From positions 188,829 through 252,828 of the forward strand of contig CAVWWW010000002.1 in assembly GCA_963758745.1 (NCBI GenBank): a stretch of DNA of 64,000 nucleotides, in the 5' to 3' direction. The position numbers and the translations under genes were made by a program. Each line of letters begins with the position of its first letter. Positions within the stretch are counted from its first letter, which is position 1. This document shows positions 60,646 through 64,000 of this stretch, piece by piece. This DNA is from an uncultured Acidobacteriaceae bacterium (GTDB taxonomy: Bacteria > Acidobacteriota > Terriglobia > Terriglobales > Acidobacteriaceae). The notes under the pieces are model-generated. The model had not been told where the DNA came from, searched no databases, and worked only from the letters and a program-made list of their open reading frames with translations.

Positions 60646-63600
60646 CTAGAAATAAAACTTCAAAGCTAACTGGAGCTCACGTGCTCCTTGCGAACCGGTT
60701 ATCTTGCCGAACGTGGGGTTGGTAGTCTGTGGGACTCCCGTGGGACTAACCGTCCATGTGCCCGGATCAAATGATCCATTATCCGGTCCACCCGAGAAAT
60801 CCCAGACCGGATGGTTCAAGGCGTTGAGCGCTTCGAAGCGGAATTCCAGCCTTTTGTTTTCGGTGATAGGAATGTCCTTGTGCAAACTCAAATCCACATT
60901 GGCATAGGACGGGCCACGAACGTTGCCAACTCCGCAGGTGCCAAATGTGTTCGCTGCCGCCGGCTGGGCGGGTCCTGTGATCGAGTTTGGCAGCCATTGA
61001 ATATACCCAGGCGCCCCACTCGACGCCTGTACAGTTTGCTTTTGCAGATTGATTGGACCGTTGCAGTCCGGCAGTCCAGCCAGCGTTTCGGGATCGACAC
61101 CGTTGGTATTGTCAGAGTTTCCACCCACGCCCCAGCCCCCAAAATTATTCAGAGTCAAAGCATTGCCGGTGTGCAGGGTGACAATTCCTCCAATCTCCCA
61201 GTTTCCAAGCACCGCATTCAGCGCCGGATTCATGTCGTGGCCAAACTGCTTGCCGTGGCCAAATGGCAACGCATACGTGACGTAGCTGGTGAGGATGTGG
61301 GTTTGATCGTAATAACACGGCCCCCAATCCAAACGCGGATTGTAGATGTTTTCCCAGCCCGGCTGTCCGCTCGAACTGGTGGCGCCCGTGCTGCCCCAGC
61401 CCTCGCCAAAGTATCCCGGAGAATTGCTCATGCACTTCGACCAGGTATAAGAAACCTGAGCTTCAAGGCCGTGGCCCATGCGCTTTAGCAGAACAGCTTG
61501 AAGCGCGTTGTATTCCTGATCGGAGTTCGACATGTTGGTTCCAGCCAGGGTTTCTACGCCGCACGGAGGATTGCCCGTTACGGTGGCCGGAGTAGTTGAG
61601 CAACCGGCAGGATTGAATTGCGGATTATCTGCCAGATAGAGCGATCCCGGAGTTGCTCCGCCAAGGAATGGCCCGGGTTCCCGGGTCACGATTGGGTCTC
61701 CGCGTCCCGCGATCTTTCCTTGTGCATCCAAGGGAACCGACTGTGCGATGTCTTCGAAGTTGAGCAGGTGCGCGCCCCGCTGTCCGACATAGCCAATTTG
61801 GAAAGTTAGAGTGTTGCTGAACTGCTGCTGAATGGTGACATTCCACTGATTGACTGAAGCCGGTCTGAAGTTCTGGTTAAAGACACGAATGCGAACGCCG
61901 TCATAGCAGGCCTGGTTAATGACGCCCCCACAGGCGGCGGCTGCCGTCGCCGGAAAACCATTCTGAATCGTGCCGATCCCGCCGGCTGCCTGTTGCTGGA
62001 GAAAACCGAAGGGCAAATTCTGGGTGAGTTCTTCATTGCCGCCGCCGCCCTCCATGAACGAAGAGATAGCAAACCCGGCACGAAACACGGTTTTGCCATT
62101 CAGAACTGCCGGCGCCCAGGCGAGCCCGATGCGCGGCTCCCAATCGCCAATTCCAAGATAATTGTTGTAAAGGGCCTTATTGCCGAACTGCGCGGTACCG
62201 TCAACGCCGTTCTGGGTGTAGATCGTTCCCGTATAAAGCCCGAAGTTAACCTCGTGGCCTTTCGTTTCGTAAAGCGGAGTATGGTCTTCGAAGCGCAGTC
62301 CCAGATTTACCGTGAACGTCGGAGTCACGCGCCAGTCATCCTGCACAAACCCAGCGAAAACATTTCCCCGAAGCATGGCGGGAGAAGTAAGTTGACTGCC
62401 GGTATCCCTCTCCGAACCTGCTCCGCCCGCGACGCTGCCCAACCAGAAATCGGCAAGGCCGGATCCCGTCGCCTGCGTGAAGGTGAAATAGCCCAGAGCG
62501 CCGTTATTTCCCGGATAGATATAGTCCTGGCGTTCGCGCACAAACTGGAAGCCGGTTTTGATCTGGTGTCGTCCCCGAGTATAGATCAGGTTATCCTCGA
62601 TTTGACCTTGGGTAGAGTGAAAGTCCTGGATGAGATTGCGAAGTCCAAGACTCGCCGTTCCCGTATTGTTACCCGTGATATCCATCTCAACCAGGCCCGG
62701 CGCCTGAACGTTCGCACCTGCAATGCCGAGAGTCTCACTGATGTTCCCCAGTCCAGACGTCGGGGTTTCGCTTTGATTGAATCGAACGGCATTAAAGCCG
62801 ATACGAGCTTCGTTGAGCAAGTTGGAGCGGAAAGTGTGGGTCCAGTTGACCACGGCATTGCGGACGGGCTCGTCACTGCCCTCGACCGCGCCGTTGAAGC
62901 AGAAAACGCAGCCCGTGAATGTTGGCTGGACAAGATCCATTTGTGACCAGCGTCCAAAAACATGGTCTCTCTGCGAGGCGTTGAAATCGATTTTCAGGTC
63001 GCCTTGGTTGTTGTTCAGATCATTTCCGCTTCTATAAAACAAGTTATTAGTATTGAGCGTGTCGAGTGTAGGCAGAGGATAGTACTGGGTGTCGGCAAAC
63101 AGCTTCGCGGCGACCGGGTCGATCGTGAATCCCGCATTCGCGAGATTGTTGTTGGGAATTGGCAGCCCTGCGTTGGGGCCATTTGGGTAAACCAGTTGGG
63201 TCAACACACCCGGCGGTGGCGTCGCGCCAGTGCAGATACCGGAACTGTTGAAAGTTCCGCTCCAACCCGTGCAAAGCTGGCCAAAGTCTCCGCTACGCGC
63301 CTGCGCGGTTAGAACCTGGGCGCCAGTTATACTGGCATTCACCAGACGCTGGGCCTGGTAATCCGCGAAGAAGAACAGCTTATCCCTAATGATCGGACCG
63401 CCGATCGTGCCGCCGAATTGGTTGTACCTCAATTCTGGCTTGTTGGTCTCGCCGTTGGGGCTGAATCCGGGAACGGTTCCGTTGACGCAGACTGCGCCGG
63501 GCGCGGAGCACACGTCGACCCCCTGAGTCCATCCCGAAGAAGCCAGGTTGGCATCAAGGTAGTCGCTGCGGAAGAACTCATACAAATCTCCGTGGAAATT

Positions 63601-64000
63601 GTTTGTGCCCGACTTCGTGCTGACGCTTACCACCCCGCCTTGATAATTGCCGAACTCCGCAGAAGCATTCTGCGTAATCAGGTTGAATTCCTGAATGGCA
63701 TCGACGTTGGGCGTGTAGCCGACTTCGTTGTTCTTGTCTTCGCTGTTGAGCACGCCATCGATCAGGTATTCGTTCGCCTGCTCGCGATTGCCGTTGATGA
63801 AGGGACGGCCGGCATTAAGCATCTCCTGCGGCGACCGCATCTGATCCGGATCGACATTGGTGACACCGGGGGCGAGCAGAGTGAGTTGCAGGTAATCGCG
63901 GGAGGCCAGCGGCATGCTCACGGCGGTGTTGGAATCAATTACTGTGCTCACGTCAGTCGCCTCGGTCTGCAGCAACGGCGTCGTACTGATGACCTCAACC
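60646..64000 (-). CDS. TonB-dependent outer-membrane receptor (acidobacterial large type), 5' end outside window
   Basis: A continuous ORF of more than 1100 codons running off the window edge, Gly/Asn/Thr-rich beta-barrel sequence. The plug-region motifs (DYLQLTLLAPGV, FINGNREQANEYLIDGV) sit near the top, and the C-terminal ...ELQLALKFYF has a terminal aromatic residue. Confidence 0.85.
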   Translation of the reverse strand, partial: VEVISTTPLLQTEATDVSTVIDSNTAVSMPLASRDYLQLTLLAPGVTNVDPDQMRSPQEMLNAGRPFINGNREQANEYLIDGVLNSEDKNNEVGYTPNVDAIQEFNLITQNASAEFGNYQGGVVSVSTKSGTNNFHGDLYEFFRSDYLDANLASSGWTQGVDVCSAPGAVCVNGTVPGFSPNGETNKPELRYNQFGGTIGGPIIRDKLFFFADYQAQRLVNASITGAQVLTAQARSGDFGQLCTGWSGTFNSSGICTGATPPPGVLTQLVYPNGPNAGLPIPNNNLANAGFTIDPVAAKLFADTQYYPLPTLDTLNTNNLFYRSGNDLNNNQGDLKIDFNASQRDHVFGRWSQMDLVQPTFTGCVFCFNGAVEGSDEPVRNAVVNWTHTFRSNLLNEARIGFNAVRFNQSETPTSGLGNISETLGIAGANVQAPGLVEMDITGNNTGTASLGLRNLIQDFHSTQGQIEDNLIYTRGRHQIKTGFQFVRERQDYIYPGNNGALGYFTFTQATGSGLADFWLGSVAGGAGSERDTGSQLTSPAMLRGNVFAGFVQDDWRVTPTFTVNLGLRFEDHTPLYETKGHEVNFGLYTGTIYTQNGVDGTAQFGNKALYNNYLGIGDWEPRIGLAWAPAVLNGKTVFRAGFAISSFMEGGGGNEELTQNLPFGFLQQQAAGGIGTIQNGFPATAAAACGGVINQACYDGVRIRVFNQNFRPASVNQWNVTIQQQFSNTLTFQIGYVGQRGAHLLNFEDIAQSVPLDAQGKIAGRGDPIVTREPGPFLGGATPGSLYLADNPQFNPAGCSTTPATVTGNPPCGVETLAGTNMSNSDQEYNALQAVLLKRMGHGLEAQVSYTWSKCMSNSPGYFGEGWGSTGATSSSGQPGWENIYNPRLDWGPCYYDQTHILTSYVTYALPFGHGKQFGHDMNPALNAVLGNWEIGGIVTLHTGNALTLNNFGGWGVGGNSDNTNGVDPETLAGLPDCNGPINLQKQTVQASSGAPGYIQWLPNSITGPAQPAAANTFGTCGVGNVRGPSYANVDLSLHKDIPITENKRLEFRFEALNALNHPVWDFSGGPDNGSFDPGTWTVSPTGVPQTTNPTFGKITGSQGARELQLALKFYF

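Overview
This 64-kb chromosomal window has gene content typical of Acidobacteriota (Terriglobia-like). That is an inference from CarboxypepD_reg-type TonB receptors, a CRTAC1/ASPIC-UnbV protein, a giant PIG-L deacetylase, a TPR-tailed Ser/Thr kinase and 'AVKPCHFKT'-type extragenic repeats. It is moderately GC-rich by eye, with a few visibly AT-richer patches.

Layout:
- 0-6 kb: end of an FG-GAP/Ig-like surface protein, a Kdo-hydroxylase-like gene, an F420-type oxidoreductase, and a multi-PAS/GAF sigma-54 activator.
- 6.6-12 kb: a co-directional esterase / ATP-grasp / GCS2 ligase / M29 aminopeptidase / ATP-grasp-like cluster.
- 12-19.7 kb: a Ser/Thr kinase, a PIG-L deacetylase, an APC permease and a DinB protein.
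- 19.7-25.6 kb: thrB and thrC (split by a two-gene insertion), a cupin, an SDR and ilvE.
- 25.6-30.6 kb: an AT-richer accessory patch with REP-like repeats and a three-gene cassette bracketed by ~200-bp inverted repeats.
- 30.6-36 kb: DinB, aldehyde dehydrogenase, truA and TolC.
- 36-54 kb: an exopolysaccharide locus ending at tRNA-Asn(GTT).
- 54.3-56.3 kb: a scar of gene fragments.
- 56.3-64 kb: a multihaem cytochrome / TPR / CRTAC1 / TonB-receptor cluster.

I found no rRNA, CRISPR array, transposase, integrase or recognisable defence system.

Most notable observations:
1. Fourteen reading-frame breaks, 13 of them equivalent to one surplus nucleotide, plus two in-frame stops, affect ten genes in total.
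2. A diverged ~200-bp inverted-repeat pair doubles as the leader of two genes.
3. A two-gene insertion splits thrC from thrB.
4. An amidoligase/peptidase cluster has no known product.
5. The same 12-nt periodic repeat is embedded in frame in two unrelated genes.

All functional calls come from reading the translated ORFs from memory of protein families. No database search was run.
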